Positions 1-12,028 of a DNA stretch of 32,417 nucleotides are shown piece after piece. Made by a program: the position numbers and the translations under genes. The notes below the pieces were generated by a model. It ran no database searches. It was not told where the DNA came from and worked only from the letters and a program-made list of their open reading frames with translations. The stretch comes from Hydrurus foetidus (Eukaryota): the NCBI GenBank assembly GCA_900617105.1, contig UYFQ01000037.1, positions 1-32,417 of the forward strand, written 5' to 3'. How positions within the stretch are numbered: position 1 is the first letter of the stretch; each line of letters starts with the position of its first letter.

Positions 1-508
1 TGTCAGTCCAGCATATTCATGCATGATCTGTTAGCATAGTTTCATCTGTAGATTAGCATTCACATGTCACAAGTAGTGTAGCGCTTCCTCACCCAAAACA
101 CCGCCATACACTGTTGTGTACATACGCTCATCGTTCTTCTAGCGATATCCCCCTTCGGGGCCATCACCAAGCATCCGGTTTTTCACCACCAAGCATCCGG
201 ATTTCCACCAGGTATCCGGTTTCCACCAAGCATCCGATTTCATGAGCAGCGAGGGTTCCGCCCATTGCTCAATCGCCAACTTGAATATTCGCTGAATATG
301 TTTCCACTTCGGCGATCACCATTTCATGCACAATGGATGCTTTGCTTTGCTTCTTTGATGGTTGTCTTCTCTGATATCATCGCCAGTTGTTTTACTACTT
401 GATCGTTGTAAGTAAACACGTCTTCCGAGACCACTTCCATCAGCCAGTCTTTCCTTTGCGCTTCCGCAGCCAACAGGTAGCTCGCTTCACTCCACAGTCT
501 GACTCACA
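1..508 (+). repeat. Copia A 5' LTR (508 bp)
   Basis: TGTCAG...GACTCACA; near-identical to 7341-7838 and 28719-29226. Confidence 0.97.
164..241 (+). repeat. Four imperfect ~19-21 bp tandem units (CACCAAGCATCCGG core) inside LTR A
   Basis: Units tcaccaagcatccggtttt / caccaccaagcatccggatt / tccaccaggtatccggtt / tccaccaagcatccgattt, present in all three LTR A copies. Confidence 0.85.
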
Positions 509-520
509 TGGTAGCGATTG
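509..520 (+). promoter_or_regulatory. Primer-binding site, probably tRNA-iMet type
   Basis: TGGTAGCG directly after the LTR-terminal CA; TGGTAGC is complementary to the GCUACCA 3' end of eukaryotic initiator tRNA-Met. Confidence 0.75.
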
Positions 521-598
521 CATAGAAAGTTCAGCAATCATCGATATAGTATCAATATATCAACGGTATCTCATCACAACAGATATCTCAAGTCGGCC

Positions 599-3500
599 AT
601 GATGCTACGATCGTCCGACAACACAGACCAAAACAACGAGGAATACCATGACCCAACTGGGCTAGAGACTCCCAGCCGCGCCCAGCTGCCGCGCATGCTC
701 TCCATGACCCTCGCAGAGTTCGATCAACGTGTCGCCGAGGCCATAAGAGCCCAAACTCAAAATTTGGTCACCAGCTCGACGGCAAATCGTCAAAATCCTC
801 GACACCAAACCGACCTCGACGAGGCTCCCATGCAGAGGAAGCCACGCCACCGCGCCAAACTTCGGCAGAAGTTTCAGCAAGTGGGCTATCATATAATGCC
901 GCGTTGGAATCCGTTTTGGAGCTCAAACGGCTAAAACTCGATCTCGTTCTGACGACCTCTTCAGAAATGGATAGCATCAAGCAAAACCAGATCACCACAA
1001 CGACTGTGGGATCTAACAAGCGCTTCAAAGCTCTCGACAACATGCTCCATGTCGTTGGACTCTACCCAATGGCGATGGGCACGCGTCGCGAGCCAATCCC
1101 AACGAGGCACAACCCATCAGGATACTCGGAGCCTACAACGTCGGAGAATCTTGACGGCACCTTCAATTATGTACCTGCCGACGATGTTACACGATGGGCC
1201 CACGACAAGAAACGTTTATACAACGTCATGTTGAACGCTTTCAGCGAGTCTACCCACTATCTATGTGCCGATTCCTTTACCTCTCGCGATGGGATCGCTA
1301 TTTATAAACGTATGCACAAGCACTACTACGGACATACTGAAGCAGACATCAACCGACTTAGGCGGCTTCTACAAAACTTCAAGGGCTCCACGGCTACTTG
1401 TTTTCAAGAGGATTTAGTGAGGTTTACAACGTTGATGACAGAATTCGAGTATGCCCAGGCCAGACCGAGCACCGAGCAGGAGCGCCTTCAATTCCTTCAC
1501 AACGCCTTCATGAACGACCACCGCCCCAACACCAAATCCTACTTTATGTCCTGCCATAGCAACATGCTCACCTATCACCAAACTTTGGAGAGAGCTGTTG
1601 TCTATTCCGAGTATGCCCTCCTAAGACAAGCCGGTCAAGATAGCTGCCTTGTCCACTACCCCTGAAGCCTGCCGCAAGTTCCTCGCTGGTACCTGCCTTC
1701 TCGGTAACAAGTGCAAGTACTATCATGCTCCTGCTAAGCCACCGGCAGCGACACCTCCCTCTGGCAAAGCACATCCTCCTGCCCCACCTGGATCCGCTCC
1801 AGTCACGGACAAGAACCGGATCAAAGCCAAGGGCAAGTACCCTCCCAAGCAGACCTTCCCAGTGACGAGTATCGATGGCCGCGTCCCTTACCTCAAGAGC
1901 AACATCCCCATGAAGCTTCTTACCAACGGACCCAACATCAACCCTGAGGACGGATGGCAGAACAACACGCTTTTGGATAACGCCGAACCCTCCGGGTATG
2001 TGCGCTTCTCCCTCAACATGTTCCGAGTCACCGACACTGACCCAGCACCTCCTCCGGATACACCGTCTAATCCTCCTCTCGAGTTAGCACTTCCGCCAGG
2101 ACTCCCTCCATCAGGACACTCACCACTGCGATCTCCAACTCGTCCATCTTCTAATGCCGCCTCTCCCTTAATGCTCCGACCGTACGTACGTTCCGAACAT
2201 ACTCAACCAGCATCTACCCCAGTACTCCTGGGTACCCCCCGACTCCTGTCGCCCCAGAGAATGCTACAGCATGGGACACGCCGCGCCATCAGAACATCTC
2301 CTCGCCAACATATGGGACCCCAATGCAAGAAGAAGTCGATGCCTTCACACGTACCTGGGCCTTCCTCACCAATGACGAAGTCACCTCCTCCACTGTCTTC
2401 CAGGGTATCTGCCGACAATGCTCCACGTACATCCTTCAGTACTACACTGTGGTCCACCACCGCATTCATCAGCAGCCCCTCTCAGCAAATGACTTCATCA
2501 TCTATGTGAACCGTCCCGCCTTGCCTGGATCCCCTACACCGGCGCCTCATATATACCTCGCTATTTTCGGCTGGGTATCCCCAACCACCCTCAGCAACTG
2601 CCGCGCTGATGTCAGAGACGGATACTCTCGGTATATGAACCTCATCCACAAGATTGCTCGCAACCTGCTGCTCGCCAACACTGAGCCGCCGACTCCACCC
2701 AATCTTGAGTATGACCCAGGGCACTACCGCACCTTCAATCCAACCTTGATTGAAGACATCACCACCTATCAGTCCACAGTCGGGAACATTTTCTTTTACT
2801 TCCTCGTCCACACTGCTCTGTACCTCGACGACCAGATCAGTCCAGACCACATGGCGATATTTGAAAGTGTCCTCATCTACGACTGTGCCTCCTGGGTCGC
2901 AGCACAGCTTGCCCGATATGCCAATGCACCCGGCAACTCCTGGCACAACATTCCCACTCTTCGCATACTCATGCTCACGGAAGTTGATGCACACGTTGAC
3001 GGTCTTATGACACGAACTGGATCGAACGAGTCATTCATCCAAGCTATTCGAGTCGTAATCCAGCATGTCCTACCCGACGCATTTCATGTTACACCCAACA
3101 GCCTCTTCGTCGGACCCGATCCTGTTGAACCCACCGAGTCACACTACCGCACAGTATCTCTCGCCAGGGACCTCGCAGCATCTACTGCCCCACAGAACAT
3201 ACGCAAACGATACACTTTGCGGAACTATGAGAGCGATTCAGAGTCCTCTGTCGAAGACTCCATCTGTTTCCTCCCGTACAACATGTCCTGTCCAACACAT
3301 AACATCAGTGGCCCTCGATGCGCCCTCTCTTATGTCAACTACCTACATGGAGCCGTCACACGTCTCATGGTCCCTCCATCAGACGCATCCCCATGGGTAC
3401 CACCGGACGCATCCATGGAACTTCAGCGGTACAACGCCAGGAAGCGCGGCATCGCATTCCAGAAAGACCAGGCTCAAGGGGACACTAAGCGTCAAGACAC

Positions 3501-4263
3501 TACCTCGTCCTCGTCAGCATCCTCTTCCGCCTCACCGTCAACATCGATTCCCACTACGCTTCCGGAGTTCAATACTCCGTTACCACCTGTTCCATCGACA
3601 CCCTCTGACCCTCTTACCGGGTCACTCAAACGTTGGCAAGCCGCGCAACCACTTGCATCCGACTCGCCTTTCACTATGCCTCGTGCCCAGCGCCACCGAA
3701 TGACTCCACCAGTCGGATCTCAACGCTCGACAAATGTCCGACATGCCTTCAACAGTACTCGCCCTCCGCTTGCATCAGCTCGCCCTCCTGCACCATCCGG
3801 CGGTACCTCCGACTCCAAGCTCAACACATTCGTCGTCAAGTCCCAACATGAGAGACTCAACTCGTTCCACGTCCCCGACAAGGTCATCTTCGACTCTGGT
3901 GCTTCACGCTCTGGCACCGGCCGCTCCCAACGTCTTACCAGCATTGAACCTGTCAGCACATCCGTCACAGTCACCCCTGCATTCGGTCCGTCCATGACAC
4001 CAACACACCAAGGCAGCCTCGGACCGTTGGAGCTTAGCACCCTCCTTCTCCCTGCACTAGGCGACAGCACCCTTGTCTCTGTCTCCCAGTTCTGCGCTGG
4101 CGGTGTCACCAACGACCACTTCATCGGCATCTTCACTCATAAAGACTTCCGCTTCTATGAGACTGCATCAGCCCTTCCCTACATTGCACTGGTAGCTCAG
4201 CATGGAAAGGAGGTCACCCGTGGAACCGTCCAAGACGGCCTCTACGTGGAGACTCCCTACTGA
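599..4263 (+). pseudogene. gag: Copia A Gag - CCCH finger - large insert - aspartic protease (~1220 aa reconstructed; three frameshifts in this copy)
   Basis: ORF pieces 518-934, 904-1665, 1649-2509 and 2323-4263 are joined into one frame by the +1, +2, +1 nt present in the 28719 copy; CCCH at 1670-1726; protease VIFDSGAS with DSG at 3892-3900. Confidence 0.9.
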
Positions 4264-7133
4264 CCAACCACTCGGGAGAGTCTTTTGGTCACACACTATA
4301 CTCCCGCTTCACTGTACGACCACGTGCATCAAGCCACAGGCCACCCCGGTCTTCCAGGCATGGCATGGCACCGCGATCATTCCCTCAATGCTCGCTTCAC
4401 CACCAAAGATGCACACACCTCCCGTCCGGTCTGTCCTGGATGCGCCCATGGCGCAATGCGTCAAGCATCCACAGACTATCGTCGCATCCACAGAGACACA
4501 ACTACCCTCGTCGGCCAGCAGTTCTCCTTGGATGCCTATACCCACTCGACTCCATCATTCCGTAACTACCGTTACACTCACATCCTCACCGACCTCGCGT
4601 CGGGACAATACTATCCTGTATATACAAAAGACCGGTCCGCCTCTGAACTCTGTGCCCGCATTGCAGCCTTCTTCGACCTAACCCCCAATGGAACCACAAT
4701 ACCCCTGGGGTTGATCGCTTCATCCGGCATGACCCAGAGGCCAACTACCGATCTGAAGAATTTACTGCGCTTTGCGCCCGATACCGATACCGACTTGAGC
4801 ACACTGCACCTCGTGACAAACATGCCAACGGCATCGCTGAGCGAGCAGTCGGCATTGTAGCTCTCAAGACAAACGTTGCCATGATAACCCCTGTTCCGCA
4901 TGTGCCAATGAAGTTCTGGGACCTTGCAATGTCCTATGCATGTGTTACTCATTCCTTTAACCTTAACAAGCGTATTGGTACTTCTCCGTATCACTTCACT
5001 TCTGGGCAACACGTGGACATCAGGATGCTTCGACCATTCTGGGCACCCTGCTATGTCAAGCACGCACCCAAAGATCAGAAAAGTAAAGTTGGGTCACCTC
5101 GTGCCTACCGTGCTCGGTTCGTTGGTTATAGTTTTACATCTATACTAGTACCACAATATTTAGTATTAGAAATACTACCCAAGAACACCTACGGTACTGT
5201 TCGAGTCAGTAAGGATGTCATCTTCGACATGCACAACAACTTCAAGCATGACTCAGATGCACACTTCCCTACCGACGAGGCCTTCGCCCTCATCCCGTCC
5301 CTCTACTATACTGATAATAATAATGACCCTATTGTGGTGCCTGAGCGAGTCGACCTACCCGGCCTCCCCTCACCTGCACCCCTTATCGACCCCGACTATA
5401 TAACCCCTGTCCCTGAGACAGAGCACTCAGTCAACGATGACATGATATACTGGTCCACCTACACCAGTTCTTCCACATGCTTCCCTGTTCACCTCTTCCG
5501 TGTCCTGCACTACAACATAGCAGTCCAAATCAAGGATCCCTACATCCCCAAAGACTTCTGGACCGCAATGCAGTACCCAGAGTGGGAACAGGCCATCAAC
5601 ACTGAGCGAACTAAGTTTGAAGTCAACAACTGCTTCCGGTCTGTTCCCTTCACCGGCCAGCACCTCGTACCAATGATGTGGCTCTTCAGTATCAAGACTG
5701 ACGGCACCAAGAAGGCCCGCCTCGTAGGTCGTGGTGATCTCATGATACCCTGGGTCGACTTCGACCCCTACGCAGTATACTGCGGTAATGTCAATGCGTC
5801 ATCGATCAAGATTGCACTCGTCATAGCCGCAACCTACAAATTATCCATGCGGGGAGGAGATTTAGTAGGCGCCTACTTAATCACACTCGCTAACCCCGAC
5901 TTTCCCGTTCACATCAAGACACCTCAAGGTTACACCACACCTTTTGGCACATGCTTTCAAGCCATTGGCAACCTCTACGGTTTTCCACCAGCAGGCCAGA
6001 ATTTCTCAAAGGAATTCGACAAATGTGTACGCGAATGTGGATACGAAAACACACCGTGGGACTTAAAGTTCTTCTTTAAGTGGGTCCAAGGTCAACCCCT
6101 GATACTGATAGCACACTCAGACGACTTCAGATGGTTCGGACCACTTGCACTCATTAGCGAATGGGATCTCCTCATCGCTACATTCAACTCCCACAAGTAT
6201 GAAGTCACCGACGCGACCTCCAAAGAGTTCGTCGGCATCCGCATTACATGCGATGCAAACTTCAACTACTACATGGATCAGTCACGCATGATCACATCCA
6301 TCGTATCGGAGGCCAACCTTGCTGGCGCCGCCGATGAGCATCTACCATATCCACCTTCTGGTGAGAGTCTGTCCAAGGCGGACAACTCTACCGATCTCGA
6401 TAGGCACATGTATAATAAGTATCCCTACCGACGGGTAGTTGGTCAACTTATGTACGGAATGGTACACACATTGATTACAATCATGTACGCGCTCAACATA
6501 CTATCCAGATATAGTAACAGTCCAGGTGCAAGACACATCAAGTTCCTTAAACACCTACTTCGATATGTCAAATACGCCAAGATGGATAGACTGAAATTCA
6601 CCACACACGACGGTCCCACCGACATCGCTACGATGACCAGTCTACTGCAGTTGAAGTTCCAATGCGACGCCGACCTCGCCGGTAACAAAGACAACCGTCA
6701 CTCCCAGACCTCCTACATTGGCTACCTCGCCGACAATGTCATCTGCTGGAAGAGTACCGACCAAGGCAGCATCTCATCATCAACTGCGGAATCCGAAATC
6801 AAGGCGGTTAATCACGCACTAAAATCCGATGTCATTCCCCTCCGGGGCATACTAAACCACATGGGATGGACACAAGCTCCTACAGTCATCGAAGAAGACA
6901 ATTCTGCTTGTGTTGATGCTTCAAATCATACACACATGACCAAGAACCTTCGTCACATTGACCTGAGCGAAAACTACTTTAAGGACAAAGTCGCCGATGG
7001 TACCTGTGTCATTGTTAAAATCCCTTCGGGCGAAAACAACTCAGACATAGGTACGAAAAGAGTTCCACTACCACTTTTCGAATACCTAACGCACAGGCTC
7101 GTTGACAAGTCTTTACGAACTAATATTAAATAA
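4264..7133 (+). pseudogene. pol: Copia A integrase - reverse transcriptase - RNase H (one frameshift near 4681)
   Basis: HQATGH...CPGC zinc motif; DDE residues in SLDAY / RHDPE / GIAERAV (last two in the shifted frame); KKARLVGRG; HSDD at 6114-6125; RNase H CDADLAG, STAESE, EEDNSAC, SDIGTK. Confidence 0.93.
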
Positions 7134-7319
7134 CATACATACTTAATATCCATATTTTTAACATACGTACTAATTTTACTATCTTATATGAGTGCACGCA
7201 TATATTATAACTAACTTTTTACACTTTTTGCCAAATCTCCCGTACGGGGAGTACATCCTCAGTACGGGGAGTATATATACACATATCATTCATTTCGATA
7301 CTCTCAATAACACGTTCAG

Positions 7320-7340
7320 CTACATCTTCACTACGGGGAG
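7320..7340 (+). promoter_or_regulatory. Polypurine tract GGGGAG with conserved upstream motif
   Basis: CTACATCTTCACTACGGGGAG abuts the 3' LTR; identical in Copia C (26880-26900, minus strand). Confidence 0.85.
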
Positions 7341-7838
7341 TGTCAGTCCAGCATATTCATGCATGATCTGTTAGCATAGTTTCATCTGTAGATTAGCATT
7401 CACATGTCACAAGTAGTGTAGCGCTTCCTCACCCAAAACACCGCCATACACTGTTGTGTACATACGCTCATCGTTCTTCTAGCGATATCCTCCTTCGGGG
7501 CCATCACAAAGCATCCGGTTTTTCACCACCAAGCATCCGGATTCCTACCAGGTATCCGGTCTCCACCAAGCATCCGATTTCACGAGCAGCGAGGGTTCCG
7601 CCCATTGCTCAATCGCCAACTTGAATATTCGCTGAATATGTTTCCACTTCGGCGATCACCATTTCATGCACAATGGATGCTTTGCTTTGCTTCTTTGATG
7701 GTTGTCTTCTCTGATATCATCGCCAGTTGTTTTACTACTTGATCGTTGTAAGTAAACACGTCTTCCGAGACCACTTCCATCAGCCATGCGCTTCCGCAGC
7801 CAACAGGTAGCTCGCTTCACTCCACAGTCTGACTCACA
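7341..7838 (+). repeat. Copia A 3' LTR (498 bp)
   Basis: Matches 1-508 with a 10-bp deletion (gtctttcctt) and a few SNPs. Confidence 0.97.
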
Positions 7839-10800
7839 ATCAGAACGGAGTTGGAGAGGTGCACCGAAACGACCGAAATGTTGCAAGAGGCATTGAGCAG
7901 TCGAAAGTGCCGAAGCATCTTTAGTATGAAATAGCTCAACCCACCTTGTGAACGTATCGATTATAACGAGTACGTACCCGCCGTCTGGAAACTGTCCTAC
8001 GAAGTCTATGTTAAGGCACTCCATAGGTGTGTAAGTAGAAGTCGAAAAGCCATCAGCATGAATAGGGATCTTTAACATGCTCATCTTTTGACAACACGAA
8101 CAGTGATCTATGAACCACCTGACATGCTGTCGTTGAAACTGCCGCACCTTGTTGTTGTCTTTGAGACGCTTTAAAGTGCGCTCAAGACCAAAGTGACCAA
8201 CTTGTGAATTGTGTACGTTACTTATACTCTTGTATTGTTCACGAGTTAGTTTGAACTTTTCAATAATATCCGCAGACATGATTGTTTCAAGTAAATATTC
8301 TTGAGGATGGTCAACCATGTTGTTGCGACATCGAATCGGCTATATCATTGTTAACACCAGAAATGAATTCAATTTTAAATGAGAATTCTGAGAAGGCCAT
8401 AAGCCAACGAACAATAATTGGATGATGGATAACAAGTTTCCATGATCGGTACGTGAAGTAAACATTCGATCACGTATTAGCGATTTTAAATACGTGCACG
8501 CAAAGAAAACAGCATTTGCTTCTCTCTGTAGAACTACCCAACGAAGCTGAGCTTTGTTAAGCGATTTACTAACAAATACTACGGGCGTCTCTCTCCCGTC
8601 AACTAACTGAAAAAGATAAGCACCTACACCGTAATCCGATGCATCAGTGTGCAAGTAAATCGGATCGGTGTCACTTAAAAAGTGCATTGTCATGCATTTT
8701 GCAGTCTCAGATTTAATTAACTCAAATACTGAGTCAGCTTCTAGTGTCCAAACTATTTTTTTAGATTTATTATAATCAACAAGCTACTGGTGTAACGGAT
8801 ATAATACACTAGAAGCATTTTTGATGAAATCGTGAAAATAGTTCACCATACAAACCTAAAAAACTTTTAAGTTGTTTAGATATATCTGATTTTGAGAAAT
8901 CTAAAACTTGCTGTATTTTTTCATGTGACATTTTTAGTCCCTCAGCAGAAAGGACTTTGCCAACATAATCAATTTCGGAATAGCCAAGATAACATTTATT
9001 TGGTTTCAAAAATATTTTATGTTGTCGAAAGCGTTGAAAAACAAAGCGGAGTCTGAAAACTAATTCATCAGAACAGTGCAATTCATCAATGTACATTTCG
9101 CATATAGTGTAAATCAATCCAGCTAGTACAACAGTTGCCATGGTCTGTTGGAAATAAGAAGGAGCTCGTTTAGGCCCAAAGGGCAGACGAGTGAATTGAT
9201 ACACGCCACAGAAAAGTATGAATGCAGTGTATGCGCGTGCTGGAAGTGTAAGTGGTGCTTGATGATATCCTTGAGTGTGATCAAGTGTAGCGAAGACTAG
9301 CTTTATGAGCACCAATTCGACATAATATTTCATTTATGTCCGGAATGGGCCATGATGCATCTTCGGTACAATCATTCAGGTTCCGATAATCTATACAAAT
9401 GCGCTTGGTTCCATCAGATTTTGGAACCATATGCACTTGGCTGTAATTAGCCGCATTTTATTTCTCGATATTCCCTTGCTCTTCAAATTTCGCGAGTTGA
9501 CGTATAATGTCAGCTTGATTTGCAGTGGATTGAGGTGGATAAGGTGTTCTATTACGGGAGACTTTCCATTTTACGTCATCCACGTCAAGTTCATACGGTG
9601 GGATATCAGCAGGGCTATCTGAAAGCTCACTGCAAAATATGTTCCTAAACTCGTTACATAGTGAACGAAGTTTATTTTTCTGCTATTCATCACCTGCTAT
9701 GTGTATTAGCGAGAGTGAATCTGCATCATTAATCCACGGTGAAAAGGTGTCATTTAATGAATCATCCATTTCATCTTCATCAGGCGGCACAACTCCAAAT
9801 AGTTGTTCCGACTCTTGAATTAATGAAGCTAGTATGACATGTGTTTGGGTGACTGATCATTCATTTCGGTTAATGGAAGATCTTTAGGGGTTCCCTCAGA
9901 GATTTGCAAAGTCTCCTCAGGCTGACAGCCACATGTCAAAACCACATCTTCAGAAGTCTAGACTCCCTTTATTGGGGTCGGTCGCGATAAAGTGATAGAT
10001 TTTATTTGATCTGGGAAAATCGAGAATAGATCTAAATCTCGTATTATTTTTCTTCCCACTATTAGATCAATTTATGTTTGTTCTAGAACATAAGCTGTGA
10101 TTTCGAAAGAAAATAAATTATTTAACTCAGGTAAAAAATAAAAAAGGTTTAAGTCTATGGTTTGAGAAATTTCATAACAATGATTATCTAAACCACTACA
10201 AACTGTACACGCTTTTTTAGATGATTTAGAAACGTGTTGTGTTAAGTTGAGGTTTTTATAACACGCCTAGCTATGAAGTTGCTGGCGATAGATCCCGTGT
10301 CCAATAGAGCGAAGACTTTATTTTTCTCTTCCAGCGAAGTTTGCTGAGAAATATGAGAAATATGATGTCCATCCGATGAAACGGAAGGATTGTCAATTGA
10401 CGACATATTAAGGTTGTAAACGTAGTCACCTTTTTGTTTCTTCACGACACGAGTAGTGTCTGCTGACGGAGCAGCGGTCTTAGAAGACGCGGAAGAAGAG
10501 GAAGAAGAGGAAGAAGACGACGATACTCCGTACGCATTTAGAACACACGTCGCTTTGGGATCGATCTTCAAAAGATCTTTGCCTCCTTCCGATTGAAGGA
10601 AAGGTTTTTCGGTACTGTTAAAGTACGGAGAAGAGTTGAAACGACAAGTGGCTACTAAATGGTCAAGTCTCCCACAACCGGTACAGTGGGGTCTGTCGAT
10701 TGCGCAGGCTTCTTGTTGCCGTCCTCTTGTTGCCATTTTTTAATTTGCGGCTCCTGAGGAGGACGATTAGAATTTTGATTTGGCGAGAATGATCGCCATA

Positions 10801-11450
10801 TGTCGGGTGAAAGTCTACAAACCATAAAGCATCAACTGCTTCTCGTAGCTTTCTTAGTTGCGCACGCCACATGAATCGAAAATCATCGACCGTGATAAGG
10901 CATGGCGTTCTATTAAGAGTGCGGTACAAAACTGACCTCCAATTAATGGGTTCAGCTGGCAACTGATCATTAAGAATTTAAGTTGCTGTTAACTGCATGG
11001 CAGCTGAAACATCAGGGAATGCATCGACAATATCAGCTAAAAGCTGATCTGTCTTTTCTTCCACTGATGAATTCTTCGGGTCAAATTAAATTTGGACCTG
11101 AGTAATGGATTCAATGAATCCTAATTTATCAGTTCTGGACGTAGCAGTTGCAGGAACTGCCATCTTCAATCCTCTACAAAAATTCTCATTAGTCCAGTTT
11201 CTCCAGTTGTTACAACTGTCTCAACGATCAGGGTCGGTGGCAAATCGAAGTTACAAAAGAGTTTTAAAAGATTGGAAGTTGCTGTGATGAACGACATCAA
11301 CTGGCCGAAACGGCGTTCCATTCGAGAGGAGAACCTCTGAAACTCTTTAAACTTCTTGCCAAGACGGCTTGGCGCTCAACTTAGGAGCTTTCTCACCAAC
11401 TTACACAGACTGAGTTGGTCTGTGCAAAAGCACAACTTGCACAACGTGCC
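7839..11450 (-). pseudogene. Gypsy G1 middle part: gag (CCHC), protease, RT, RNase H, N-terminal integrase; decayed
   Basis: CTGCGRLDHLVATC, LLDTGS, RLPFGPK, YID(D) damaged by a deletion, HTDASDYG, HNSQVGHFG, LNIDFVG, LRSD cut by Copia A; collinear with G2. Confidence 0.93.
10487..10523 (-). repeat. GAA/GAG microsatellite encoding poly-Ser in G1 gag
   Basis: gaagaagaggaagaagaggaagaagacgacg on the plus strand; SSSSSSSSSSS in ORF 10242-10736. Confidence 0.7.
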
Positions 11451-11881
11451 TGTCAGACCACTTGATTCTATCAAGATATGTCTTTAGTAATATAGTTGCA
11501 AATATAGTTTCAAATATATACATGCACGTTATGCGACACGTACGTACGTAAGTACACATGCAGATATGATAACACGCAGACGTACACACGTACTTACACA
11601 TGTTAGTGCATACTCATTTATGCATACGTACACACATGTACTTACACATGTACATACATAGTCAATATGTACCTACGTACGTACGCACGCATATAGCATA
11701 GCGTACACTTGTATGGTCACGCACACACATACATACGTACGTGCACATGTTATTACAAATTATTATATGCATACGTACACACACGTACTTACACATATAT
11801 GTACATATATAATATGTACGTATGTACGATCGCCAATAGCGTAGTACATAGATGTATAGGCGTACATACGTAAGTACCACT

Positions 11882-12028
11882 GTACTTACGCATGTACGTT
11901 CTTATACATACACATGCATACGTACTCCTATAATATCGCCATATAGCAGTTAGTACTCACGCATGTACGTTCATATACATATGCACGCATACGTACCCCT
12001 GTACTATCGCCATGTATCAGTTAGTACG
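11882..12028 (+). repeat. Two imperfect ~71-bp tandem units in LTR C
   Basis: gtactyacgcatgtacgttc...tatcgccat...cagttagtac occurs twice. Confidence 0.75.

Larger units (their letters stand above)
1..7838 (+). mobile_element. Ty1/Copia LTR retrotransposon 'A', full length (probably chimeric between two family members)
   Basis: TG...CA LTRs at 1-508 and 7341-7838; PBS at 509; PPT at 7335-7340; domain order Gag-PR-IN-RT-RH; right flank ATCAG (7839-7843). Confidence 0.97.

Noticed and set aside
164..241. CRISPR-like or iteron array
   Set aside because: Adjacent imperfect units with no unique spacers, inside an LTR, and no cas genes.
387..602. 71-aa ORF spanning LTR A and the PBS (also 29105-29320)
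   Set aside because: TTG start, no recognisable motif, and the 3' LTR has a frameshifting 10-bp deletion in it.
790..2240. Programmed frameshifts in Copia A gag
   Set aside because: All three are absent from copy 2, so they are mutations or sequencing errors.
2482..2994. 170-aa antisense ORF conserved in both Copia A copies
   Set aside because: Shadow of the sense ORF; the copies are too similar for conservation to be informative, and the differences are mostly synonymous on the sense strand.
7656..8318. 220-aa integrase ORF with a novel C-terminus
   Set aside because: Read-through of the cut G1 integrase into the antisense strand of LTR A; a by-product of the insertion.
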